NCBI GenBank assembly: GCA_965645245.1
Contig: OZ287076.1
Coordinates: forward strand, 434,001 to 498,000
Direction of reading: 5' to 3'
From: Massalongia carnosa
Taxonomy: Eukaryota
Length of the DNA stretch: 64,000 bases
A program made the translations under genes and the position numbers. How positions within the stretch are numbered: position 1 is the first letter of the stretch; every line of letters begins with the position of its first letter. Shown here piece by piece: positions 1 to 11,387 of this stretch. The notes under the pieces are model-generated. The model searched no databases. It saw only the letters and a list, made by a program, of their open reading frames with translations, and was not told the origin of the DNA.

Positions 1-2055
1 TTCTCAACATGTCTAAGGAAGACGTCGGAATACATCGCTGCGGAGGAGCTTTGGTGCAAGAGAGAAGATCCCGAAAGCGTGGTCGACATATCATCAGCTG
101 TATACAATGACCTAGAAGCTTTTGGATCATTTCCAAATTACGGCTGGAAGCCTTTGAAAGAGGTCGTCAGAGCTCATGGGATTGCGTTGCTGGGAACTGC
201 TATCAAAGATAGGCTCATCACTTCTATTGTAATTTGCCAATGGGTTAGGGTATGCCTTGACCATGGCGCATACGATGAGGGAGAGCAGTTATTAGAATGC
301 ATGATCACTACGATGGAACCGTTTGAAAAACCGGCAAGCGTGCGCAGTAGTTTCCCTGAGAGCTCTAATCTAGGTATGTTGAATTATTTTGCGAGTGTTT
401 CCAAGCGGTACGGATTTCAATATCGACAGCTTGCGAAACTTTTCAGTAGCGGCGTACTTCCTATTGAATGGATGTCTACTGGTAATATGATTCCTTGCTG
501 GAACAGAGCTATACATTCCATCATGGAGGAGAATGGCCAGGCCGGTGAGGCGGCATATTTACTGCGCACTACATTATCAATTTCCTATGGATTATCAAAC
601 GTATCTCTTTGTTCCCAGATACACAAAATCCGAGTAAGAGCTGACAGTTCGGGTATTACGCCAAGCCGGTCTTTCCTTCCAGGCCAGGCAATACATACCC
701 CCCGTCCAGCGAAACAGAAAGTATTGCACCGTGCAGGATGCGGGATTGAAGATATGAATCACGCGTTCGATTCGACTCGACTACATCTACTCACGATACT
801 AAGTACTCTGGTTTTCGTCCAGAAATCAGCGGCTGCTTCCAAGTCAAGTGAACCCAGGCCACCAAGCCTCCGCATTCTGCAAGACATAACACTTGGATTC
901 CACCAAGCTATTGCGATTCGATCTCACGACCCTAGTTCTGACGATTTTTTGCATTTGCCTGAAGAAAAAGGCCCGAAGTGTCTCCTGTTGCTGGCCGCCG
1001 GGTTGATAGCAGCTAGGGTTGACAATGACAAGGTTAACCTAGATCCAGGAGAAAATCAGGATTTTGCCCTTATACGCCATTTGCACCCTGGTCATGAGTT
1101 TCTGAGATCAGGTGCATCATTCATTCGCGCTGTTGCCAACTGCTGTGGACAAGCTGCATCTTACGAAGCATTTCAATATTTGCAGGAACTAGTCCGACAC
1201 CTACTCCAAACAGACGAAAATCATGGTCAAGCACTTGAGTCACGACATCTCTTTGGAAAAATTGCCGCGGCTGCAGCGGTTCAATTCTCAACAGCAACAA
1301 GCCTTCCGCGATACATTAGCTGGGCGTTGGAATTAGAGTCGTCCGTTAACCGAAGGAGCGTTGGAGCGGATTTTCAGACCCCATTAAAACCCTCCATGCT
1401 TGCTGTCACGAGGACTAAAAGTGGCTTTCGGTGGGAGGAAGGAATTTGCGAGTGGGTGGCTGGTACACCCATGATTCCGATGCCAACCCCATCCCTCATA
1501 GGGCAAGCATCCAACGCGGCCCCAGGAATGGACGGCGACACATCTCCTATAGTTACCCTAGAGTCTTCCTCTATTAAGCCATCGCCTTGTCTCGTCGAAG
1601 TGCCAACCAAGTCTATCAAGTTTAACAGCCGAGCGAAGTCATCAGAGGCTTCCCCTCATCCTGCGGTCAAGTCCTCATACGGTGCATTCTTCCGAGTCGA
1701 GATCAATCATTCTGAGCGTAGAGAAGCTCGAATCAGGCAGTCCTGTGGCAAGGCAAACCCGAACACGAGCGGAATCGGTCGAGGGAACACGGCGTCGCGC
1801 CCACGCGTCAACATCGCACCTAGTGAGCAATCACCTCAAAAGTCGTCACTAGAAACGCCTAAGGACAGTTTTCACACGCTTAAGCAGTCGGCTCCGCAAA
1901 CCAAGGGTGGAAATTCTCGGAGACGGAAGCATAAGCCATGCAAGCCCCAGGTTTCATGCATCTTTAGTGAACACGAAGGCCGGGAAACCAGCGTGGCTTG
2001 CGTTGGCATCCGTCCGGAGGGTTTGGAGAGTGAAGACGAGCTGAGCTTTTCTTGA
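1..2055 (+). CDS. Conserved fungal hypothetical protein (5'-partial)
   Basis: Frame is open from base 1 (FSTCLRKTSEYIAAEE...) to TGA at 2053-2055. It carries an FRWEEGICEWV motif and an acidic SEDELS tail that I recall from Pezizomycotina hypothetical proteins. Function unknown. Confidence 0.8.
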   Translation, partial: FSTCLRKTSEYIAAEELWCKREDPESVVDISSAVYNDLEAFGSFPNYGWKPLKEVVRAHGIALLGTAIKDRLITSIVICQWVRVCLDHGAYDEGEQLLECMITTMEPFEKPASVRSSFPESSNLGMLNYFASVSKRYGFQYRQLAKLFSSGVLPIEWMSTGNMIPCWNRAIHSIMEENGQAGEAAYLLRTTLSISYGLSNVSLCSQIHKIRVRADSSGITPSRSFLPGQAIHTPRPAKQKVLHRAGCGIEDMNHAFDSTRLHLLTILSTLVFVQKSAAASKSSEPRPPSLRILQDITLGFHQAIAIRSHDPSSDDFLHLPEEKGPKCLLLLAAGLIAARVDNDKVNLDPGENQDFALIRHLHPGHEFLRSGASFIRAVANCCGQAASYEAFQYLQELVRHLLQTDENHGQALESRHLFGKIAAAAAVQFSTATSLPRYISWALELESSVNRRSVGADFQTPLKPSMLAVTRTKSGFRWEEGICEWVAGTPMIPMPTPSLIGQASNAAPGMDGDTSPIVTLESSSIKPSPCLVEVPTKSIKFNSRAKSSEASPHPAVKSSYGAFFRVEINHSERREARIRQSCGKANPNTSGIGRGNTASRPRVNIAPSEQSPQKSSLETPKDSFHTLKQSAPQTKGGNSRRRKHKPCKPQVSCIFSEHEGRETSVACVGIRPEGLESEDELSFS

Positions 2056-3187
2056 GTTAAATAGGGGTATCTTTGGATACGATAGGGATATCCTTTTTTA
2101 TTTTATTTATTTCATCGTGTGTTTTTAGAATGTATAGAATACCTACTTTCGATGACTGGCGATTGAACTGAGACAACGTTAGCTTGATCATGTAATTTAC
2201 TATGTATTTATTGCTTTACCGGCATGAAGCTTACGTGGGACATAACCCGTACTCTGTGCAGGGTACTCCGTACTTCGTGAGTATCGAGGTTGGTGGGTAC
2301 TCGGTTACCGAAGATAAAGCATTCGTTACGGTTTCATTGGGTTTCCAGCCAATCAGCACTCTGTAAATGAAGCAATTTCAAGAAAATGCGGCTACTGTTT
2401 CAAGCTTGAAAGCCAGAATGCGTTAGCGCCCGTTGGCAGGATTAACCAGGAATTATGTCATGCATTTCCTTTCACAACGTGAAAATCACAGTACCAGGGG
2501 AACGTGCATCCTGTTTAATTTACCACCCGCTTCTACCCGCTTCATCTAACACCCTCTGCCGTCGCTACCGTATCCTCTTCATCACTCTGCACTCTGCTGC
2601 AGACTGAACAGCATGAATATCACAGTCTTTACGTTCTGGTCTTTAACATTTCTTCGCCCGTTGAGATAACCACATTCTTTGAAAACCCATCGTTTCTTCA
2701 TCACTGTTAACAAACTTCGATTCCACATCACGTCACATTCATTCCTCATCGCCCCTTCGTTTTGACAGCGGTGCTGTGCACTCATTGACACGCAAACACT
2801 TCAAACATCGGGAATTGACTCGGCCAAAACACTGTCGTGTTTCAGGTCAAGACCTGTCTTTGACTGGGAAATGTTAACGGTCGACAAGTGATTTCTGTTT
2901 CTCTTTCGGCATATGTAGGCATTGCATTCATGTTTTTCGCGCTCGTGATAACATATCTAGCATAGCTTATCGTGTTGATTGCATTCTCTTATCAACTCGT
3001 ATTGTATGCTGCGATCACACATACATTGTCACTTGCTGGTCCGGACCAGCGAACGAAACTTATTGGTCGGCTAGAAGCTGCGACATTCCTATTTATCAAG
3101 TTGATCGGTCTCAACCAATGCTCATTTGCGGCTAAGCGTCTGACAAAACCATTCGTTTCCCTCGACTTACTCAAGACATCGTCAACA

Positions 3188-5193
3188 ATGACAGGCATTA
3201 TCGACGCTCGTTGGGTTTTGGCCTGCCTTATTGGCTTAGCCGTTGGGCACGATGTATCTAAAAGCATAGATTCCGCTGGAGGTGGTAACAGTACTCATGG
3301 TGGTAAGCATCTTGTCAGTAGTCCTCCACCCATATCACCAGCGACAATGGCAGCCAAGGCCGCGGCGGAACTTCTCAACACACGATATGCACATGATATC
3401 CTTATCATTCTTACGGCTGCCGTGGTTGCCCTGGGCTTATACAGAATCACCATCGTTTCGGTGCGCTACATTCGCGCGCTCACCTGCCTCAACAACAACA
3501 CCCAGAGGTACTTCAAAGCGCCACCCCCTACATTCGCAACTGTTAAACGGCACCTTCTTTACGCACCGCTTCTTCGCTCCCGCCATAGCCGGGAGTTTCG
3601 ACTGTTCTCGTTGAACTTGGGAATACTTCCCACGCGTTTGCAAAGCATATTCCTTCTCGGCATCGTCGCAATGAACGTATTATTTTGCACGTATAGGATT
3701 CCATGGCATGAATCGCAGACGGCGCTATTGGCGCAGCTAGGGGACCGTACTGGCGTACTTTCTGTGGTGAATATGATACCGTTGGTGATCATGGCTGGCC
3801 GGAACAACGTTTTGATCGTTTGCCTGAACCTTTCTTTCGATACGTTTAATCTTGTGCATCGGTTTTTCGGTCGTGTGGTCATCGTTGAAGCGCTTATACA
3901 TTCGATCGCCCATATTGTGAAAATGGTGGATGGAGGTTTGTATGCAGCGGTGCCATTATTATCCATGCTGACTGTGAACAGCTGGGTGGGACGCCTTTGT
4001 CAAAACTCTTGGGAAGAGCCAAATGATCCTTACAGGCTTCATCGTGAGCAAGTCTTCCTATTGCTCATCAACGGTGCTCATCGTAGATTTAGGGCGCCGT
4101 TGCAGTGACTCTCATCATGATTCAAGCCAATTCAATCATACGGCGTGCGTTTTACGAGACATTTCTACACCTCCATATTGCCTTGGTCATAGTCTGCATT
4201 TCTGCTTTATGGTACCATCTACATGATCTGCCCCAACGGCTATACCTTACAGTTATTATAGTTAGTTGGGCTTTTGAAGTGGGTGTATCCATCCCTCTAT
4301 CACACTGTGGCTGACCTTGGTAGCGTTTGATTCGTCTTTGCACTTTGATTTACCGGAATGTGGGAAGACGAGGAACCCAAGCTTTGATCGAGGCTTTGCC
4401 AGGCGATGCTGTCCGTGTGAACATCCGTCTTGCCCGTCCTTGGCACTTCCAACCCGGCCAGCATGTTTTCATCACCATTCCTTCGATAGGCCTATGGACG
4501 TCTCACCCTTTTTCTGTGGCGTGGAGCAACGATGATGACCCAACGGACTCGGAGAAAGGTCTCGCTTTGGATCAGCCGGAACAGCTTGCAAATTTTGGAA
4601 CCAGCGTGTCTCTCATCGTCCGCCGCCGTACCGGTTTCACCGACAGTCTTCACAAACAAGTTGCCAAGTCCCAAGGCTTGATCACGGTGAACGCCCTTGT
4701 AGAAGGTCCTTATGGTGAGGTTCAGAATCTCAATTCGTACGGCACTGTCCTACTCTTCGCCGGTGGCATTGGGATCACCCACCAAGTCCCCTTTGTTCGG
4801 GACCTAGTCGCTGGTTTCGCTAATGGCACCGTTGCAGCCCGCCGCGTCCTTCTTATCTGGGTGATCCAGTCTCCGGAACACTTGGAATGGATCCGCCCCT
4901 GGATGACCACCATCCTAGCCATGGATAAGCGGCGCGATGTGCTGCGCATCCAGCTCTTTGTCACGCGCCCGCGCTCCACGAAGGAAATTCACTCTCCCAG
5001 CGCCACGGTGCAGATGTTCCCTGGGAAACCGAACGTGGATACGCTTGTGCAGTTGGAGTGTGAGAATCAGATTGGAGCGATGGGAGTGAGCGTCTGCGGG
5101 ACCGGGGCGTTGAGCGATGATGTGAGGGATGCGGTAAGGAAGAGGCAGGGGTGGAGGAATATCGACTTTTTCGAGGAAAGTTACTCTTGGTGA
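3188..5193 (+). CDS. Ferric/cupric reductase transmembrane component (FRE family)
   Basis: Four exons, with introns at about 3936-3981, 4044-4092 and 4279-4323. Signal-like N-terminus, heme-binding TM His motifs (HRFFGR...HSIAH; FYETFLHLH), FAD motif HPFS, NADPH motifs EGPYG and FAGGIGIT, and C-terminal EESYSW. Confidence 0.92.
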
Positions 5194-5853
5194 ATGAAGA
5201 CTAGGGTTTTTGAGAGGATGAGGGGAGGGATTTGACATCTTGGTGGAAGGGAATGTTATGATTTGACTTGGGACGGGAATCGCATGAATTGAGTATCATG
5301 ATGAGTATCATGATGGGTGGTTACTGGATAGGAAAGACTTTTCCGCCTTGGCCTTGTTGGATTGTAAATATATCTTTTCGCCGAAGAGGGAACTTGAGAT
5401 TTTCTAAGCGCTCCCGTAAAGCCGGTTAGCCAAACATCTTCAAATAGCTTCTTCGATTTTTCCTATGATCCTTTTTTTTCCCTTGCTTTCGTTCTAACTT
5501 TTAAGCACCAACCGCTCAAAAAAAAATCAAGTTTTCTCCACTTACTCACTCCCAGATACACGGAAAGACACAGACACACAGACACAGACAGGAAAAACGT
5601 CCGAATGCTCTCTTCTCAACCCCCTCTTAAGAAGCTATTAGCGTGCGTAGGTATGTATTCATGAGGAATGAGTAGGAGGAGGGAGAAGACCCTTTTTTCC
5701 ACCTCCTTTTCCGGTTGCCTTTTTCGATTTCCGGCTTACCCCATTACTTCATTGCCCCGGGTCGGAGGGGGGGGGGGGGGGGTTGTCTAGCTGGCTAGCT
5801 GATTTAATTCTTTTGAGGTTGGTTTCTTTCGTTTGTTTGTTGGGTTTATACTA

Positions 5854-6287
5854 CAGGCCACCTTGGCTATAACGATTTTGTTTTCCCACAAGGTCATATC
5901 GTTATAAACAAACGAAGAGTTTGCAATGTCCAGATGGCCTCATTGGTACGAACTCGAGGCTTTATTGCATTCTCCTCGTCTGTTTCCATAGGCCCTCTCC
6001 TTTCTGCTGTATGAATTGACGATGTCGTCGATCAAGACGTTCTCGGTGTCGTAAACATTTTCTTCTTGTGGATTCGGAAACTGAGCGACCGACGTCGCCT
6101 TTGCGATTTTATCCTGACGAGTCACGTCGTTGATTTGCTGAATCATATTCGAGAATGACAGGTTTTTCGAATTCGTTGACTGATATAAAGGTAGACGAGG
6201 TAAAAGCTAAAAAGTTGAAGAAAATAATCGATATCGTTAAAAGCCGAATATCGTTACAACCAAAATCGTTCTAGCCAGGGTTGACTG
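5854..6287 (-). mobile_element. Non-autonomous pogo/Tigger-like (Tc1/mariner superfamily) DNA transposon derivative
   Basis: TA flanks at 5852-5853 and 6288-6289. Imperfect TIRs TACAGGCCACCTTGGCTATAACGATTTTGTTT vs rc TACAGTCAACCCTGGCTAGAACGATTTTGGTT (27/32 including TA). Subterminal ATATCGTTA repeats. Internal ORF 5940-6146 (-) resembles the acidic C-terminus of fungal pogo/CENP-B-like transposases. Confidence 0.75.
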
Positions 6288-6821
6288 TATTCTATTATCA
6301 TACCCGGCGAAGAAAAGAAAGATACAAACCTAAATAAATAAACCAAAAAAAACCGAAAAGATCAACGGTTATATCTTGTGGCATTTAAGTTAATACATTC
6401 ATACATAGCTAGCTATTTATTTACTTCCTAAGTCCGCTTGCTTTTTCTCGCTCGCTCGGCTCTTTTTCAGGGGGAGTATATGTATGTATACTCTGTTACG
6501 AGTTACCTACCTATGTACCTGGTAAGTGAGTAAAGTGAATAGTGATATTTTGTGTGTATTGTTTTAATGTTGTTTTTTGTATTTCTTTCCTTTACTTATT
6601 TATTTATTTATGATCCCTGTTCGCAATGAAAAGGGGGGGAAGAGGGGCGGTTCCCGCTAAATAGTCTAGTTGAATAATGTAAGTGGGGTGTGTATGTTGA
6701 TGGTTTCTTGTGGTTTTGGTTATTCGTTATTTTTCTTTCTTGGGTTGGGGGAGGGAAAGAATCTAGAAACAGCTTGAACGAGTTTATAGCACGGAATTCT
6801 CGATTCCTACACAGGAGAGAA

Positions 6822-6847
6822 AAGAAGAAGAAGAAGAAGAAGAAGAA
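6822..6847. repeat. (AAG)n microsatellite
   Basis: About 8 AAG units seen directly. Confidence 0.85.
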
Positions 6848-7123
6848 AATACCCCCGTTAATAAGTTTTCAGACGGGATCTGCTTTACGGTTCTTTTGGA
6901 GTTTCTTCATTATTGAGCGGGTCTGCGGTAGAGTCGGTTGGCTGAGGGCTGTGCCTCCAATGTGGGGCGAGGCGGGATTACTGACGCACATAGCCAACAG
7001 CACATCGACCACTCCACGCAGCACGTTCCATGTCATAACGTGCCTTTCGTTGGTTCCGATGGTTATGGCGCAGTCTCCTTCGCTTTCGGATAAGCAACGC
7101 GTCTTTGTTGGAAAATGATTTCT

Positions 7124-8280
7124 TTATTTAAAAACAAGACATCCTCCAAGCTTACCTACAACCTTAATGACAGGTGGTAAGGAGGGATCCAGAACCAGCT
7201 CCTGTGAGCCCAGAAATTCAAAAGACGGCCGCTCGCAATTTGCTCTACTCAGGCGTCCCAACGCTACATCACAGGCGTAGTTCACATTGGCGGGGATTGA
7301 GACGGCGGCCGTAGACAGGTTAGCCAAGTCCTTCCACCCCCGCGTTCTGCCTCCGATGGTCAGAACCCCCTGCGTATCACGCAGCGCCAAGATAGTATAT
7401 GTCATATGTCTTTGATTTAGGGGTTGCGTCTTGCCGGCATATCGCTAGGGAAGGCTTGAGCAATTCGCCCTTTTGGAAATTAAAGGCTTTGTAGAGTGGT
7501 CCTTGCCGTCCAAATTTCATCTTGTATCCTTTGACTGAGTGCGGAGATCGGTATCCCCGCCCTTTGGTAATCGAGACTACTGGATACTGTGACAGTGAAG
7601 AAGTGCCCGGTGTCTTGATCAAGTCGTCAGCGACGGTGCTGGTTTCCAGGGTCTTCTGCTCAGCTGTATCGAACCCCCCTGTCGCCCTGTTGGGAGCTCA
7701 GTTTCCTACCAGGCACTAATGGATGAACGATACGGTTGACGACCTCCTCTAAGCCGTACGTGATGAATCCACCTGATCCCGGATCGCGCATGACACACTC
7801 GTTTATAACCCGGCTGGCCATTTGCTTGAGTTCAAACACGCCTTACAGCCCGGGATTGTCGGAATCTCCACCCAGGTTGATGTTGATGGTGCGGTATCGG
7901 CCTGGTATCTACTACACATTGAAGGAGTTCCATCGCCAGGTCGGCCTTCATTCCGCGCAAAATCGTAAAGCGCAGGTCTCAGCAATCCCGATGGGATATT
8001 GAGAATGAGAAGAGTAGGGACTTGTGTGTAACCCGCTATGGTAATGCAATGAAACCTTGTGCTGCCCTTGACTAGCGGTTTCGGCCTGGGTGAACGTCGA
8101 GGCTGAGCTATCCGAGGGCATTTGGACGTATGCTATGGAACAGCCATAGAGAGCTGCCGGTTCTCCGTATTGAGGGCGACAGCGAAGGATATCCGGAGGA
8201 AAACGGAAACGCATAGATGAGTAAGAGAAACTCTAGTGATAAGACCAAACGGTGATGCGGGAGATATAGGAAGCGCATCG
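7124..8280 (-). pseudogene. Decayed gene for a Cys-containing secreted protein
   Basis: Coding-like pieces lie in different frames with stops between them: hydrophobic leader MRFLYLPHHRLVLSLEFLLLIYAFP; CRPQYGEPAALYGCSIAYVQMP; GL*GVFELKQMASRVINECVMRDPGSGGFITYGL; NVNYACDVALGRLSRANCERPSFEFLG. The last piece ends at a GTAAGC donor near 7154. Confidence 0.55.
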
Positions 8281-9761
8281 TTGAAGCCGGAAGGCGCACG
8301 GTCTTCGACGTTCCTTGAATGGTTCATGATGTTGTTCTAGAGAAGAGGATATAAGAGCTTTGGCAAGCCCATTTTCAAGACACAAGGGCAAGTTCGTTCC
8401 TCCGAGCGCTTCTAGCACTTTCCGCATCATCAATCCCAAGTACTCGTACGTGCGCTTCCAGAGCGATTTTCATTTCTCGGCCACGTGAGATAAATGCGCG
8501 ATGGAAGGTTTCCCATACGGGCTATATATATACCGTGTATCTATGCCAGATCAACGGATTAGTCCTACTGCACAAGGACCAAAATGTCCTGCAATGCAAA
8601 ACGTGACATGAGGTTTATCATTGGCAAATTTTTGCATCCCTCCAGCCTGGCTTCTGAGCGCTTCAGAACCAGTTTCATGCCTGGGTGGCACTTCTTTGCA
8701 AAAAGTACCGCCGAGGTTTGGCAGCGTAGGCTACGATCCCATTCATTTGATGATCTTGAATCAAGTACCTCAGTGATGTTGTGTAAAGGGCAACCAGAGT
8801 ACTAGTTGGCATCATCGCGATCAACTTTTGATACTTCTGATAAGAGAACAATAAATCAACAAAAAGAAAGGACGAAAAAAACCAACTGAAACATGATGTC
8901 TTTTTGTTTGGTTGGGTTGAGTTGACTTGCCAACGGTTTCAGAAATGGACGATGGCCAATGGCACAACCCCATCAATCACTTCGGCCACGGAGGTTTTAG
9001 AGGCAAGAATCCCACCGGTGCAAAGTGAGTGGGCGAGTTTGGCAAAGACCATTGGAGGGAAGTCATTTGCTCTGTAGAACGGAAGATGGAACTTAATTTG
9101 AACTCGCTTGGCTGTGACTTAACAAACCAGCCACCGACGCCTCGCAAATGGGCCTTTGTGATTGACTAGTGGCCCCGTATATTGCACTAGAATACCGCCT
9201 CACTATCGATTTTCCACAACCGCAAAGACTCTATCCCTCGTCCGACATCCCACACCCCTCCCCTCTCGCTTAAAGGTCCCCAAAAGACCGCACAGGTATG
9301 TACAGATAGCACGTATCAGCCAACGCTGACCTGGGAGGAGTGGAGTGAAGCTGCAACATAATTAACGAAATCATAGGTGGGGTATTTGCAAGAAAAAGTC
9401 CGAGACCAGCACGAGACAGACAGAACAGAAAAAAGCAAAAAGGTCCAGGTCAGGAAAGAAATGCAGTACCAAATGTGTGTCCACCAGACCAGATCGACCG
9501 ACTGAGCTGCGACGACTAACGGTTTCCACTCGTCATTCGCGCCCCAGTTTCGGGTCATTAATAGTAGAAAATTTTGGAAAACGCCATGCGGAGCCTAGTC
9601 CATCCGTGCCTCGTAGCCTGTCCCGTATTGCAAAGCACCCCCATTGATGGATGCCCTTCCCAAGGTATTATCGCTTGCCTGACCCGCCAAGGACATACCA
9701 GCCCACCATAGATAGACCTTCCCAAGTACCCATACCGTGAAACCTGCGCCCCCATAATACT

Positions 9762-11069
9762 TTATACAGAGCTCAAACGCACCAACGCCTCAATCGCTTC
9801 TCGTTCCTGCAAATCGCTGCCAACAAATCCGCCCCCACGCATATGTTGTGCCTCAAAGACGGTGCCACCGGGAGCGACTGGTCGCAGCCTCTTGTTGTAC
9901 AATGCTGGCGGGTTCGACATAGGCATGGATTTTGCCAACATGGTCAACGGAGGACCACCCCCTCTCCCTCGGGCTTTAGGATCCAGGTGCCGAGCGTACG
10001 GATGACTGCTCCGGCTTCGACCGCCTGCGGGTGCCCGCGGGAACGAGCCCTGCCGGAGGGCGACGGCACCGATAGCCGCCCAGTCTTCCTCGTCTGTCAC
10101 ATCATCGGCGTTGTAGTCCAGGATCGGGGTATTATCGGGAGGTTCCGACGATGAGCATGAATTGTCCCTGTCCAGCGACATCTTGTCGGCCTCATGCTCA
10201 AGCATACTGCTGTCTTCTAGCGGATTATCATACTCCATCTCCGAATCGTGGGAGAAAACCGCCGATTCGCCGGTCATGCTGGTTCCGGAAACAATCTCCC
10301 GATTTCGACTTTGGCGGGTGTTATGCACGGGTATTTGCAGCCCTGGTTGAGATGGTGGTGAAGATTGACGAGCAGGCCGGAGACTTTGATGCTGGTGGAC
10401 ACTTCGAGCATCTCGAGGCAACTGGCCTCTTCGCCGAGCATCCCACCTGCCCCAGCCAACTTTCTCAAATATCACATCGCCATTGATGCCGCCTTGCTCT
10501 CCGCCGCTGCCACGGCCTTCTAGAGCTCCAACTACCAGTCTCCGTGCTTTCGCTGGAGGGATGCCGGAAAAGCCAGGAACGGAGGTTGTGAGGTAGCCCA
10601 TAACATGACGGATGGCCAATGGGCCGTTGTCGATTAGTATACCCGGGAGATGGTGCTTGGCGAGCAATCCCGGGGTGATGGCTCCGGCCGTGTCCATGTC
10701 TGCCAGACTGTCCAGACCACGACAGGCGCTTGGCCCATGTTGAGGCTGGTCTTGAGCATTGGCGTGATCGACAGCATCCTGGAGGTCGATGTCGGAATCA
10801 ACGTGGGTAGGCGCAGGGGGCGTTGGGGGTGCCTCGGAAGCACGACCTTTGTACCCCTGGGGTGGAAGGGAAGGAGAAATTGAATTCGGGGGAGTCGGGA
10901 GACCGACATGTTGCTTCTTGTCGGTGGGGAGGGACTTCGCAGCCACAACGGCGAAGCTTTCCCTGCCTTCCCAAAAGCCAGCATCCCGAGGCTTCGGGAT
11001 GTCGACGGAGGCGGTCATGACCGCCAAAGCCAAGGCAATGCTGGAAGTATTCTTGTTGACAGCAGCCAT
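9762..11069 (-). CDS. STB3: Sin3-binding protein Stb3 (RRPE-binding transcription regulator homolog)
   Basis: Single coding exon. Stb3 domain ITPGLLAKHHLPGILIDNGPLAIRHVMGYLTTSVPGFSGIPPAKARRLVVGALE...FEKVGWGRW, plus TDEEDWAAIG and the C-terminal EREAIEALVRL. First in-frame ATG is at 11069. Confidence 0.88.
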   Translation of the reverse strand: MAAVNKNTSSIALALAVMTASVDIPKPRDAGFWEGRESFAVVAAKSLPTDKKQHVGLPTPPNSISPSLPPQGYKGRASEAPPTPPAPTHVDSDIDLQDAVDHANAQDQPQHGPSACRGLDSLADMDTAGAITPGLLAKHHLPGILIDNGPLAIRHVMGYLTTSVPGFSGIPPAKARRLVVGALEGRGSGGEQGGINGDVIFEKVGWGRWDARRRGQLPRDARSVHQHQSLRPARQSSPPSQPGLQIPVHNTRQSRNREIVSGTSMTGESAVFSHDSEMEYDNPLEDSSMLEHEADKMSLDRDNSCSSSEPPDNTPILDYNADDVTDEEDWAAIGAVALRQGSFPRAPAGGRSRSSHPYARHLDPKARGRGGGPPLTMLAKSMPMSNPPALYNKRLRPVAPGGTVFEAQHMRGGGFVGSDLQEREAIEALVRLSSV

Positions 11070-11348
11070 GTTTGATGAATGGATCGAAGGATGTTTCCTT
11101 TTCTGTAGACGGATGATGACGACGTTAGCTTTGATTGAGGGTGGTCTGGCAAACGTAATGTTAGGTATCGAGAAGTGAGAGCGTTGCGAGAAGTGAATGT
11201 CATGGCAAAGGGAGAATTCTTTGCTGGACAGCAGCTTCAAGAAGCGAACCAGTCGTGGCGCGATGTCACTCACCAGAAATCCTTATTGCAGATGTGTCAG
11301 GATGAGAGTGGATACGGGGTGTCTGTCAGCTGTTGCTGACGTACGCTA

Positions 11349-11387
11349 GATGGATTTAGGGGATGGATTTAGGGGATGGATTTGGGG
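11349..11387. repeat. Tandem 13-mer GATGGATTTAGGG x3
   Basis: Seen directly; the third copy has one mismatch. Lies in the STB3 upstream region. Confidence 0.8.

Noticed and set aside
2972..3187. Extended N-terminus of ORF 2972..4108
   Set aside because: It starts at a non-ATG codon. The first ATG at 3188 precedes a signal-like segment.
5290..5315. GAGTATCATGAT duplication containing a C-box-like ATGATGA
   Set aside because: Simple 12-bp tandem duplication in a 3' UTR with no matching D box or terminal stem.
6690..7118. 142-aa ORF with poly-Lys
   Set aside because: Non-ATG start, and the poly-Lys comes from the (AAG)n microsatellite.
11070..11273. Extra 68 aa on the STB3 ORF
   Set aside because: The GTG start coincides with a donor-like site, so this is probably 5' UTR or intron.
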